This document shows positions 30,388-39,739 of a stretch of 64,000 nucleotides of DNA, one piece after another; position 1 is the first letter of the stretch; every line of letters begins with the position of its first letter. Below the pieces are notes generated by a model. That model did no database searches and had not been told where the DNA came from. It saw nothing but the letters and a program-made list of their open reading frames with translations. This DNA comes from Vulcanimicrobiota bacterium. Its GTDB lineage: Bacteria; Vulcanimicrobiota; Vulcanimicrobiia; Vulcanimicrobiales; Vulcanimicrobiaceae. The DNA lies in NCBI GenBank assembly GCA_963795855.1, contig CAWCIZ010000003.1, positions 416,001 through 480,000 of the forward strand, given 5' to 3'. The translations under genes were made by a program, and so were the position numbers.

Positions 30388-31714
30388 CCGCCTGCGGATT
30401 CCGATATGGATCGCGCCGCGCGGCTATTGGGCGATTGCGCTCGCAGCTCTACTATTCGCCGCTTCGGCAGCCGCTGGACCGCTGTTCCGTATCGCTATTG
30501 CGTTTGCGGCGGCGATCGTTGCCGCGTTCATCGCGGACGCAGCGCTCGGCCCTAGCCGCGCGCGCGTAACCGTGGAGCGCGTGGAGCCGGGTGCGCTTTC
30601 GCTGCGGCGCGCAGGCATGCTTTCATACCGCCTGCGTAACGACGCGCAGATTGCGGTGCGCGCCGGCATCATCGAATCGCCGCTCTCGCTGCTGCAGTAC
30701 GACGCGGACGAGGTTATCGCGGTGGTGGCGCCGGCGAGCGAAGCGCGCCTTGATCGCGCCCTAACGCCCATCGCGCGCGGCACCGCGGCACTTGGCGATC
30801 TCTACGTTTGGTATGAGAATCCGCTCGGGCTGCTGCGCAGACGCATGCGAGTGACGCAAGAGCAGGTCGTGCGCGTGTATCCCGATCTGTCGGCGGTCGA
30901 GCGTTACGGAAATCTGCGCATGCGCAATCGTCTCATCGAGGCCGGGCTGCGTCGCATGAGGCTGCGCGGTATGGGAACCGAGCCGGAAAGCGTCCGTGAA
31001 TGGGCGGCAGGCGATCCGTTTCGCGCGATCGACTGGAAAGCGACGGCTCGGCGCGGCCGCGTCATGGTCGCGCAATACGAAGTGGAACGCACGCAGAACG
31101 TCATGATCGTTTTGGACGCGGGCCGGCTGATGACGCCTCGCGTCGACGAGCAGCGAAAGTTCGACTACGCGGTGACTGCAGCGATTTCGGTTGCGAGCGT
31201 CGCCGCGCTCACGAACGACAAAGTCGGCGTAATTGCCTTTGCGGGCGAAGTCCTGCGAGCGCTTGCGCCGCGGCCGGGCGGCCGATCCGGCAGCCGCGTT
31301 GCGGCGGCATTACACGATCTCGAGCCTCGTTTCGAAGAATCGGACTATGAGGGCGCGTTCGCCTACCTGCGAGCCCACGTGCACAAGCGCAGTTTGGTGG
31401 TAATGTTCACCGACATGGTGGATCCGGTCGCGCAGAGCGCGATGCTCGCGCAGATCGGAACGCTCGCGCGGCGCCATCTGGTGCTTTGCGCCTTTATGAA
31501 CGATGCGGCGATCGAACGGCGCCTGGAGGCGAGTCCGGACAGCGCCGCCGACGCGTATGCGACCGCCGTCGCGCTGGAACTTCAAGACGAGCGAAGAACG
31601 GCTGCCGCCGTGCTCGCGCGTATGGGCGTCCAGGTGATCGACGTTCCGGCCAAACAACTCTCGGTCGCCCTCATCGATCGCTATCTGCACGTCAAGGCGC
31701 GCGGTTTACTCTAG
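30371..31714 (+). CDS. DUF58 (vWA-like) protein
   Basis: GTE.ESVREW..GD..R.IDWKATAR, LDAGRLM. Confidence 0.9.
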   Translation: MKRLRDRLRIPIWIAPRGYWAIALAALLFAASAAAGPLFRIAIAFAAAIVAAFIADAALGPSRARVTVERVEPGALSLRRAGMLSYRLRNDAQIAVRAGIIESPLSLLQYDADEVIAVVAPASEARLDRALTPIARGTAALGDLYVWYENPLGLLRRRMRVTQEQVVRVYPDLSAVERYGNLRMRNRLIEAGLRRMRLRGMGTEPESVREWAAGDPFRAIDWKATARRGRVMVAQYEVERTQNVMIVLDAGRLMTPRVDEQRKFDYAVTAAISVASVAALTNDKVGVIAFAGEVLRALAPRPGGRSGSRVAAALHDLEPRFEESDYEGAFAYLRAHVHKRSLVVMFTDMVDPVAQSAMLAQIGTLARRHLVLCAFMNDAAIERRLEASPDSAADAYATAVALELQDERRTAAAVLARMGVQVIDVPAKQLSVALIDRYLHVKARGLL

Positions 31715-32678
31715 TCGTTCGCGTCCGCAAACTGCGAAATACGCAAGCAGCCCAATCGCCGTCAGGATTCCGAAGCCGGCGCGAACGTCCGCCGGGAAAC
31801 GCAGCGGCGAGAAGAAGCCTTCGATGATGCCCGCGACGCAAAGCATTGCGGTTACGCCGGCGATCAGCACGCCGGCCCTGGCGCTGTTTTGTGCGATCGC
31901 GTATTTTCGAGGCAGCCGCCCCGGCAGCACGACGCCCGCTGCCAAGAGGAGCCCCGCACCGCCGGCAATTTGGATCGCCGTGAGTTCGATGAACCCGTGG
32001 GGAGCGACGGTCGCCCAAAAATCCGCCGCGAAGCCCGCGTGCGCGAAGAGCGCGCCGAGCGCTCCGAGCATCAAAGCGTTGAAGACGATCAGATAAAGCG
32101 TTCCCAACCCGAGCGTCACGATGCCCGCCGCGAAAGCTCAGGAATGCGACGCGCACGTTGTTGGTGATGATCAGCGAGGACATCATCGCAGAAGCATTCG
32201 GCGTGAACGCAAAGTTCGAGTCGTGCAAGCTTTTCGTGATGTGCCCCGGGACGATCGACTCCGGCAGAAGCGCGTAAGCATTGGACGGATCCTTGGCGAC
32301 GATGCCATAGGCGACTGCGGCCCAAAGCACCGTCAGGGCGATGCATAGGCCGATGTAGGGCAGCGATCGGCGAAACTCCGCGGGAAACGTTTGAGCGAAG
32401 AACCGCGCGATTCGCGCGCGTCCCGTTTCCACGGTCGAACCGTACACGTACGAATGCGCGCGCGCCGTGAGCCGGTTGAGATAATGTACGACTTGCGGAT
32501 CGAATCCGTGGCCTTGCGCGTACGCGAGGTCGGACGTGGTCCACCTATACAGCCGGCCGAGTTCGAAGAGTTCGGCCGCCGGCAGCCGCTTGAGGCCGCC
32601 GCGCCCAGCGCGCGAAAGCAGTTCCTCGAGCCGTTCCCAAGCGGCCCCGCGTCTGCGCAAGAACGTTCGCTGCTCCAT
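31706..32678 (-). CDS. SpoIIM-family membrane protein (frameshift near 32135)
   Basis: LYR..SDLAYA, YLNRL, ITNNVRVA, PHGFIELTAI.IAGGAG, AGIIEGF. Confidence 0.88.
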
Positions 32679-32743
32679 GTTAAGCAGCGCTTCGCCTTGG
32701 ACCGGAGCTTGTCCTGAACGCGACGAAAGACGATTACTCGCAT

Positions 32744-33487
32744 ATGGATCGATCGGTCAGCGTCAGAACGCCCGAAAGTATTTCGTTCTCGTACGAGCTC
32801 GCCGGTCTCGGGAGCCGCTTCTTGGCGCTCGCGTTCGACATGTTCGTTCAGGTCGTGCTGTTCTTCGGGATTCTTTGGGCGATCACGCTGATCGCTTCGC
32901 ACGCCGGCCCCCAGCAGCGTCACGGCGCACCCGGCGCGGGGGCGGCGGAGTCGTTCGGCATCGCAATTATCGTCACGATCGTATTCGTGCTTTTTTTCGG
33001 CTACTTCATCGCGTTCGAAGGCTTGTGGAACGGCGCCACGCCGGGGAAGAAACTGCTGGGAATCCGCGTAGTGCGCGACGGCGGTTATCCGCTCGATCTC
33101 GGCGCCTCCTTCATCCGCAACGTCATCCGAATCGGTGAATTAGCGCTCGCGTTCTACGCGGTAAGCGCCCTGATCACGCTGCTTTCGCCGGAAAACAAAC
33201 GGCTGGGCGACATGGCTGCCGGCACGCTCGTCGTGCGCGACTCACGCGTGCAGCAATTGCACGCGATACTGGAAAAGGCCGAGGTACCCGAAGCGCGAGC
33301 TGCCATGCTGAGCCAAGACGAGCACGCGATTATCGATCGCTTCATCGCGCGCCGCTCCGCGATGGCGCCGCAAGCGCGGCGCGAACTCGCGTTCCGAATC
33401 GCGGATCGCGTGCGCAAACGCGTCTCGAGCGATTTGCAGCGCTTGGACGACGAAGATCTTTTGGAGCGCCTCAGCGTTTCTTCGTGA
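32744..33487 (+). CDS. RDD family protein
   Basis: TPE..ELAGLGSRFLA..D, GATPGKK..GIRVV, KRLGD.AAGT.VV. Confidence 0.9.
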   Translation: MDRSVSVRTPESISFSYELAGLGSRFLALAFDMFVQVVLFFGILWAITLIASHAGPQQRHGAPGAGAAESFGIAIIVTIVFVLFFGYFIAFEGLWNGATPGKKLLGIRVVRDGGYPLDLGASFIRNVIRIGELALAFYAVSALITLLSPENKRLGDMAAGTLVVRDSRVQQLHAILEKAEVPEARAAMLSQDEHAIIDRFIARRSAMAPQARRELAFRIADRVRKRVSSDLQRLDDEDLLERLSVSS

Positions 33488-34460
33488 GCCGCGCGAGCAA
33501 ATCGCGAGCGAAGATCATCGCTTCGTTCTTCGTGCTTTCGTACAGCGATTTCGCTTGCCCGCTGCTCATCTCCCGGCCGTGCTCGTAATAGAAGGTCACG
33601 CCTTCGCCGACGACGATCGTTCCAGCATAGGCGATGGCGCCTTTGATGGCGATGCCGGCGATTGGAATGAATCCTGAAAGTTCGCGCGCGAGGGAACGCC
33701 AACCGAATCCGCCGCCGATCACGGGCAGCAATTGCCACATGCGCTGCACGTCGGGATCTTTTCCGTATGCCGCCTCGATGTGCAGCAGCAGCATCATCTG
33801 AATTCCGGTGATCGCCATCATGTCGCCCGCGGATGCAAAAACGCCCATAACCAAGCCGATCACCGGAATATGATCGACGACGGCGCTTGCGAGTGCAACT
33901 TTCAGCGCGTTGTTCGCGGCGTCTCGCGTAAGCTTCGCGGCGACGCTTTCGCGCATCGGAGGCAGGCATCGCCCGACGGCGATCTCGATGCCCTTGCACA
34001 GATCGACGATGTGCGGAAAGACGCGGCCGCGCAGCGCATCCCGGGAAATGGCGGGGACGGTGTATTCCGCAAATTGGCCGCGCGGCGGGGGTGCGGATGG
34101 TCCTGAAGGCTGCGCGGCGTCGTCGACCGTGATCGCGATAATCGGCAAGTTCAGCGCGCGCAGCGGCGACATCGTCGTGCCCGAAACGTCCCCGCCGCGG
34201 CCGAGAAACAGCACCACGCGCGCTTCCGCGGCGACGGTCGCCTGCGCCATGCCGGGAACGATGGTTTCCAAGCATGCCGCGGCGTCGAGCGGAACCGAAT
34301 CGTCGGCATGCCCGGACAGCAGAAACGTGCGCATCGCGGCGACCAGCGCGGGATCCCCGCAGAGATAGAACCGAAACGGTTTGCGCACGTTCGCGTGCAC
34401 CGTCTTGACGTCGATGCCTTTGCGAACGAGTCGCAGGATGTCGCCGGTCGCCGCTGCCAT
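33471..34460 (-). CDS. Hypothetical protein with a DUF697-like C-terminal region
   Basis: Long ORF with coding-like composition; IPVIG..D...TGIQ, IPIAGIAIKGAIAYAGT. Confidence 0.55.
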   Translation of the reverse strand: MAAATGDILRLVRKGIDVKTVHANVRKPFRFYLCGDPALVAAMRTFLLSGHADDSVPLDAAACLETIVPGMAQATVAAEARVVLFLGRGGDVSGTTMSPLRALNLPIIAITVDDAAQPSGPSAPPPRGQFAEYTVPAISRDALRGRVFPHIVDLCKGIEIAVGRCLPPMRESVAAKLTRDAANNALKVALASAVVDHIPVIGLVMGVFASAGDMMAITGIQMMLLLHIEAAYGKDPDVQRMWQLLPVIGGGFGWRSLARELSGFIPIAGIAIKGAIAYAGTIVVGEGVTFYYEHGREMSSGQAKSLYESTKNEAMIFARDLLARLTKKR

Positions 34461-34465
34461 GCTTC

Positions 34466-36514
34466 TTACGTACCCGCGGCTTGGCGCCGTGTTACACCGT
34501 TCGGGTGCTGTTCGCTCTGCGGGCTGTCCGTGTAATCCAAGTAGATGAGGCCCAGGAAGATTTCGAGCGCCTCGGCGTGCATACCGCGTGCGTTGGCCAC
34601 GTCTACGATGCTGCGGTGGGTCTGATGGGATTCGCGAATGATCGCCTGCGGCGTCGTCTTCATGTCGGCGGCGACGATCGAGGCGGCGGTGAGTTCGCCC
34701 GGCGTCACGTTGTCGTGCAGCATGTCCAGGTAGCTCAGGTCGTCCACGTTCCAGCGCACGTTAATCGCCTTTTGCAGGGTTGAATAGCGCTGCGCCGAGC
34801 TCCCCAGGCCAAGCAGCGTGATGCGCGCCGAGAGCTGGCGAGAACGCGCCATGTTGTACAGCTGCGCCGCTTGCGATGCCGACACCGCGGCCTGCCCGAG
34901 CGATTGCTGCGCCTTCTGCATGTACGGCACGAGCGACTCGTAGTCCATCTGACTGATGTCGTTGAAGTAATTGAGATTCACTTGCTGCAGGCGCTTGATG
35001 AATGCGTCGAGATCGCCCAGCCCGTCATCGAGCTGCATTGCGGAGGCACGTCCCGCGTCGACCGCGCGCTCCATGTCGCCGTCGGCCGTGGTGAGATCGC
35101 TCAGCATCTCCGGATACGACGGCAGAATAGCGATCGTGTCCGAGGGAACGGGCGTCATGTGCAGCGGAGATTTCATTTGCGCGAGAATATCCGCGTTTTC
35201 TTTGAGCAGGCCGCTCGGAGTATTCGTCTTCGGGTCGAGCGAGCCGACGTTGTCGATTGCTTGCGATGAATCTTCCAGCGCGCTATTGATCGACCGCGCC
35301 ATGCCGGACAGGCTGCGTTCGACCGCTTGCAGACGCGAGCCCGGCTTGATCTCGATGCGGCTGAAGTCGGGGATTTCGTATTCGATCGTCTGCAGACGGT
35401 TCTGCAGCGATTTGAGTTGGTTGCGGCCTTCGTCGTGCCGCGCGCCGATCTGCGCCGCGGCCTGCGATTGCACGCCGCCCGCTTGGGCAAGCTGTTCCTG
35501 CAGCGAGGCCAGATTCGGACGCGTGAGATCGACTCGCCGGACTTCCATCGCGCGCAGAGCTTCGATCCGTGCCTGCGCGGCGGCTTTGACTTGCGGGGAA
35601 CCGCTCTGCGCGAGTTCGCCCAGCGTTTGTTCGCTGCGGCTCGTCAACCCCAATGCGAGCTGCGTCTGCCCTAGAGCGAGCAGCGCCTGCTGATTGTTCG
35701 GATCTTTCTTCAGAATGTCGCCGAGTTCGATGCCGGCGACGCTGTATCGCGCTTCGTCCAAGTCGTGCAGCGCCCAGACGAGTCGTTGCGGCGCGTTCGT
35801 CTTCGTCGGATCCAACTCCGGGTAGCCGAGCAGATGCGCGACGCGCTGCGCGCCGCCGGGGTGATCCTGGAAATACTTGCTGACGATGTCGTTGTGATCC
35901 GCGTCAAGCGCCATCAAATGCTGCTGCATCGAGAGCATCGCCTCGGGGTCGTAACCCGCGCGCGACATCAGGAGCAATCCGTACCGGTCGGCCTGCAGTT
36001 CGTCCAGGCGAGACATCTTCGCGATCGCACCCGCCTGCAAGAGGTTGCCGAAGTTGTAGATGAAGGGCGAAAACAGCGAGGCTATTCCGAGAAGCAGGCT
36101 CAAAATGTTCGCTTTGGTCTGCAAGGTCACGGCATGTCGCCGCTCGATGTGGCCGGTTTCGTGACCGATCACACCCGCCAGTTCGTCGTCGGACTGCACG
36201 AAGTCGAGCAGGCCTTCATTCACGTAGACGTATCCGCCCATCGTCGAAAACGCATTGACGTCGCTTTCGTTCAAAATTTTGATGTTGTACGGGACGTCTT
36301 TGCGGGCGGTCTCCGCCCAGAGCTTTTGCGAAATGGTCTGCACCCACTGGTTGAGCAGCGGATCCGTCTCCACGACGTTGCTCTCGACGATCTGCTGATC
36401 GTACGCGCGTCCCATCTCGATTTCGCCCTGCGTGGAAAGCGCAAGCGCAGGTGACGGGCACATGGCACCGAGCAATGAAATGATGACGGCGATCGGAATT
36501 ATGCGACGAAGCAT
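34466..36514 (-). CDS. Secreted M48 metallopeptidase with TPR and a long helical C-terminus
   Basis: Signal peptide; VNAF, DELAGVIGHETGH (HExxH), E.QADRYG, HP...R. Confidence 0.88.
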   Translation of the reverse strand: MLRRIIPIAVIISLLGAMCPSPALALSTQGEIEMGRAYDQQIVESNVVETDPLLNQWVQTISQKLWAETARKDVPYNIKILNESDVNAFSTMGGYVYVNEGLLDFVQSDDELAGVIGHETGHIERRHAVTLQTKANILSLLLGIASLFSPFIYNFGNLLQAGAIAKMSRLDELQADRYGLLLMSRAGYDPEAMLSMQQHLMALDADHNDIVSKYFQDHPGGAQRVAHLLGYPELDPTKTNAPQRLVWALHDLDEARYSVAGIELGDILKKDPNNQQALLALGQTQLALGLTSRSEQTLGELAQSGSPQVKAAAQARIEALRAMEVRRVDLTRPNLASLQEQLAQAGGVQSQAAAQIGARHDEGRNQLKSLQNRLQTIEYEIPDFSRIEIKPGSRLQAVERSLSGMARSINSALEDSSQAIDNVGSLDPKTNTPSGLLKENADILAQMKSPLHMTPVPSDTIAILPSYPEMLSDLTTADGDMERAVDAGRASAMQLDDGLGDLDAFIKRLQQVNLNYFNDISQMDYESLVPYMQKAQQSLGQAAVSASQAAQLYNMARSRQLSARITLLGLGSSAQRYSTLQKAINVRWNVDDLSYLDMLHDNVTPGELTAASIVAADMKTTPQAIIRESHQTHRSIVDVANARGMHAEALEIFLGLIYLDYTDSPQSEQHPNGVTRRQAAGT

Positions 36515-36631
36515 GACGTCAATTACCTCTACCCGCGAGGGCGGGCGAATATCATAGGTTCTGGCACTCCCAGAACGTTGGGCGCGGCTCCTGCGTTACC
36601 AAGCGTGCTCGAGGACGTTAAAGGATTATTT

Positions 36632-36682
36632 TGTGCACGGTTTGTGGATAAGCGCAAGAACTTGTGAGAAGGCTGTGGACTT
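36632..36682. promoter_or_regulatory. Cluster of DnaA-box-like 9-mers upstream of minC
   Basis: Perfect TGTGGATAA (reverse complement TTATCCACA) at 36643-36651, plus co-oriented TGTGCACGG (36632), TGTGAGAAG (36663) and TGTGGACTT (36674). Confidence 0.6.
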
Positions 36683-36718
36683 CGCAGGCCGAGCTTTCCC
36701 CCATCCGAATCGGGCGCG

Positions 36719-37552
36719 TTGATGGCGGTATTGCGGGGCAGGGGATTGGGTCTGGAAATCGCGCTGGGAGGATGCGATTTCGAGGGCGCCCTTGCCGAAC
36801 TGCAAAGCAAACTCGGCGAGCGTCCCGGATATTACTCCGGAACGCCGGCCACTGCCGCGCTCGGACGCACGAGCCTTTCCAACGAGCAGCTCGAGCGTTT
36901 GCGCGGCGTCTTGCAGCACCATGGCATCGCACTTGAGGCACTGTCCGGCGGTCTTGACCTTGAACCGCTCGCGACGGCGGCCGGGTTGCGATTCGCGGCG
37001 TTGGACGACGGTGGTGAAGAGCTTGCGCGGCGCCGTGCGCTGCGTCCGAAACGCGAGGTACATCTTTCGGACGCGGCGCGCTCGCTGGTTGCCGACTTCG
37101 CGGGCGCGCGCTCCGATATTGCGGATCGCCGCAAACGCGGGGAGGCAAGCGTACGCCGTGCCGCCGTCGCAACGCCCACGCCCGCCGCAGCGGTGCAGCC
37201 GGAAAGCGCGCCTGTCCCCGGCACGCTTTATCACGTCGGCACCCTGCGCGGCGGGCAGGCGCTCGCGCACGTCGGAAACATCGTCGTCATCGGCGACGTG
37301 AATCCCGGCGCGGAACTCGTCGCCGGCGGCGACATCGTCGTCTTCGGCGCGCTGCGCGGCGTCGCGCATGCGGGAGCGCAAGGCGATGCCTCGGCTCGCG
37401 TGCATGCGATCGAACTCGCGCCCACGCAGCTGCGCATCGCGGCGCTGATCGCCGCCGATGCGGGAGATCGCGGAGAAACGCCGATACACGCAGAAACGGC
37501 GTGCGTGCAAAACGATCGCATCGTCATCTATCCAAGGGAGAAAGCACCGTGA
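36719..37552 (+). CDS. minC: Septum site-determining protein MinC
   Basis: TLRGGQ, GDVNPGAELVAGGDIVVFGALRGVAHAG, PTQLRIA. Confidence 0.92.
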   Translation: MMAVLRGRGLGLEIALGGCDFEGALAELQSKLGERPGYYSGTPATAALGRTSLSNEQLERLRGVLQHHGIALEALSGGLDLEPLATAAGLRFAALDDGGEELARRRALRPKREVHLSDAARSLVADFAGARSDIADRRKRGEASVRRAAVATPTPAAAVQPESAPVPGTLYHVGTLRGGQALAHVGNIVVIGDVNPGAELVAGGDIVVFGALRGVAHAGAQGDASARVHAIELAPTQLRIAALIAADAGDRGETPIHAETACVQNDRIVIYPREKAP

Positions 37553-38340
37553 GCGCTCGCAAGATCGTTTTTACGTCCGGCAAAGGCGGCGTCGGTAAAA
37601 CGACGACGACCGTGAACGTCGGCGCGGCGCTCGCGAAGCGAGGTCATCGCGTAATCCTCGTCGACGCGGATATCGGGCTGCGCAATCTGGATTTGGTGCT
37701 CGGCTTGGAAAAGCGCATCGTCTTCGACGTGGTCGAAGTCGTCGAGGGCCGCTGTCAGTTGCGGCAAGCGCTCATTAAAGACAAGCGCTTCGAAGCGCTT
37801 TCAATTTTGCCGGCGGCGCAAACGCGCGACAAAGACGCAGTCACCGAAGAGCAGATGGCGGTGGTGATGAACGACTTGGCGTCGATGTGCGATTACGTCC
37901 TCATCGATTGCCCGGCCGGCATCGAAGCGGGATTTCGCAACGCGATCGCCGGCGCGAACGAAGCCATCGTCGTGACGACGCCGGAGGTAAGCGCGATTCG
38001 CGACGCCGACCGCGTCATCGGCAAGCTGTCCGAACGCAGCCTTCCACTGCGTTTAATCGTCAACCGCATCCGTCCGGAGATGGTGCGCAGCGGCGACATG
38101 CTCTCGGTCGAAGACGTATGCGAGATTCTTTCCGCCGAGTTGCTCGGCATCGTCCCCGACGACGAAGAGATCATCGACACGACCAACAAGGGCGAGCCGG
38201 TCGTGCTCGCGGAGGCCAGCCGTCTGCGCGTGATTTACGATAAGATCGCGCGCCGCTTGGAAGGCGAGCTCGTTCCGTTCACCAATTTGGACAGTACCGG
38301 ATTTCTCGGACGCATTTTCGGCGCGTTGAAAGCAGGCTAA
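37549..38340 (+). CDS. minD: Septum site-determining ATPase MinD (copy 1)
   Basis: SGKGGVGKTT, DIGLRNLD, DCPAGIE, PEVSAIRDADR, amphipathic tail GFLGRIFG. Confidence 0.95.
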   Translation: MSARKIVFTSGKGGVGKTTTTVNVGAALAKRGHRVILVDADIGLRNLDLVLGLEKRIVFDVVEVVEGRCQLRQALIKDKRFEALSILPAAQTRDKDAVTEEQMAVVMNDLASMCDYVLIDCPAGIEAGFRNAIAGANEAIVVTTPEVSAIRDADRVIGKLSERSLPLRLIVNRIRPEMVRSGDMLSVEDVCEILSAELLGIVPDDEEIIDTTNKGEPVVLAEASRLRVIYDKIARRLEGELVPFTNLDSTGFLGRIFGALKAG

Positions 38341-38342
38341 GC

Positions 38343-39197
38343 ATGCACGTCCTTCAGCAGTCCCAAGACGACGACGACGCCCGCAGCGCTGCCGCGCCGG
38401 TAAAATTGGGGCGCGCGATCGTCATCACGTCGGGCAAGGGCGGCGTCGGAAAAACGACCACCACCGCAAACCTGGGCACTGCGCTGGCCAAGCGCGGCGC
38501 AAGCGTCGTGCTGGTGGACGCGGACGTAGGCCTGCGCAATCTGGACATCGTGATGGGTCTGGAAAGCCGCGTGAAATATCACGTGCTGGACGTGCTCGAG
38601 GAGAAGGCCTCCATCGACGAGGCGCTCGTGCGAGACAAACATTCATCCAGGCTGCACTTGCTGGCAGCGGCGCAAACCCGCGAAAAGGACGAGGTCGAGA
38701 CCGAAAAGATGCGCGCGCTGGTGGAAACGCTGCGCGAACGGTTCGACTACGTGCTGATCGATTGCCCCGCGGGCATCGAGATGGGTTTCAAGAATGCGGT
38801 CGTCGGCGCGCAGGAAGCGATCGTTGTCTGCACCCCGGAAGTATCCGCCGTGCGCGACGTCGACCGCGTCATCGGGCTGCTCGGCAATGGCTTCTCGCCG
38901 CAGCTCATCATCAACCGCGTGCGTCCGCAGCTCGTGAAAAAGGGCAAGATGCTCTCGGTCGAGGACGTGAACTCGATTCTGCGGCTGCCGCTTTTGGGCG
39001 TCATCGCGGATGAGCCGGACGTTATCGTCTCGACCAACAAGGGCGAGCCGCTCGCACGGCGCACCGATTCCCCGACGGCCGCGGCGTACCACGCGATCGC
39101 CGCTCGTGTCGCGGGAGAAGACGTGCCGGCGCCGACGGCCGACTACAAGGAATCGTTCGTGAGCAAACTCAGTTCGTTCTTCGGGGGTCGCCGCTGA
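38343..39197 (+). CDS. minD: Septum site-determining ATPase MinD (copy 2)
   Basis: SGKGGVGKTT, DVGLRNLD, DCPAGIE, PEVSAVRDVDR, tail SFVSKLSSFFG. Confidence 0.92.
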   Translation: MHVLQQSQDDDDARSAAAPVKLGRAIVITSGKGGVGKTTTTANLGTALAKRGASVVLVDADVGLRNLDIVMGLESRVKYHVLDVLEEKASIDEALVRDKHSSRLHLLAAAQTREKDEVETEKMRALVETLRERFDYVLIDCPAGIEMGFKNAVVGAQEAIVVCTPEVSAVRDVDRVIGLLGNGFSPQLIINRVRPQLVKKGKMLSVEDVNSILRLPLLGVIADEPDVIVSTNKGEPLARRTDSPTAAAYHAIAARVAGEDVPAPTADYKESFVSKLSSFFGGRR

Positions 39198-39199
39198 CG

Positions 39200-39661
39200 A
39201 TGATCGACTTTTTCAATCGCCTGTTCGGGCGCCAAACCTCCGGTGCAACCGCGAAAGAACGTTTGCGGCTCGTGCTCATGTCCGATCACCTCTCGCTTGC
39301 GCCCGAGATGATCGAGGCGATGAAACGCGATTTGGTCGACGTGATTTCCAAGTACGTCGAAGTGGACCGCGACAAAATCGACGTGCATTTCGAACACGAG
39401 GAGCAGCGCCTCGCCATGCTCGCCAACATTCCGATTACCGGAGTGAACCGGAGCGGCGGCAACGGGTCGGGCACGGCGCAGAAGCGCGAGTCTCCCGCAC
39501 CAGAAATACGCCCGTCCGAGATTGCGGAAGCGCCGGCGGTCGAAACCGAGGCATCGACGAACTCGTCGAACGGCAACGGTCAGCGTCGTCGCAAGCGCCG
39601 CAAGAGCGGCCAACATCAAAGCGGCCCCGCGCAAACGGGATCGCCTGCTCCGGCCACTTAA
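39200..39661 (+). CDS. minE: Topological specificity factor MinE with a C-terminal extension
   Basis: FFNRLF, AKERLRLVL.SD, VISKYVEVD, ANIPI. Confidence 0.93.
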   Translation: MIDFFNRLFGRQTSGATAKERLRLVLMSDHLSLAPEMIEAMKRDLVDVISKYVEVDRDKIDVHFEHEEQRLAMLANIPITGVNRSGGNGSGTAQKRESPAPEIRPSEIAEAPAVETEASTNSSNGNGQRRRKRRKSGQHQSGPAQTGSPAPAT

Positions 39662-39739
39662 AAGCAAACGAACGAGCGCGTGCTAGGCGTGCTCGCTTGA
39701 AAGGGACAGCCGCGGCCATCTGCCGATAACTGATGTGGA

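Noticed and set aside
31706..32678. SpoIIM as evidence of sporulation
   Set aside because: This family member belongs to the MoxR/RDD cluster, which is common in non-sporulating bacteria; no other spo genes are present.
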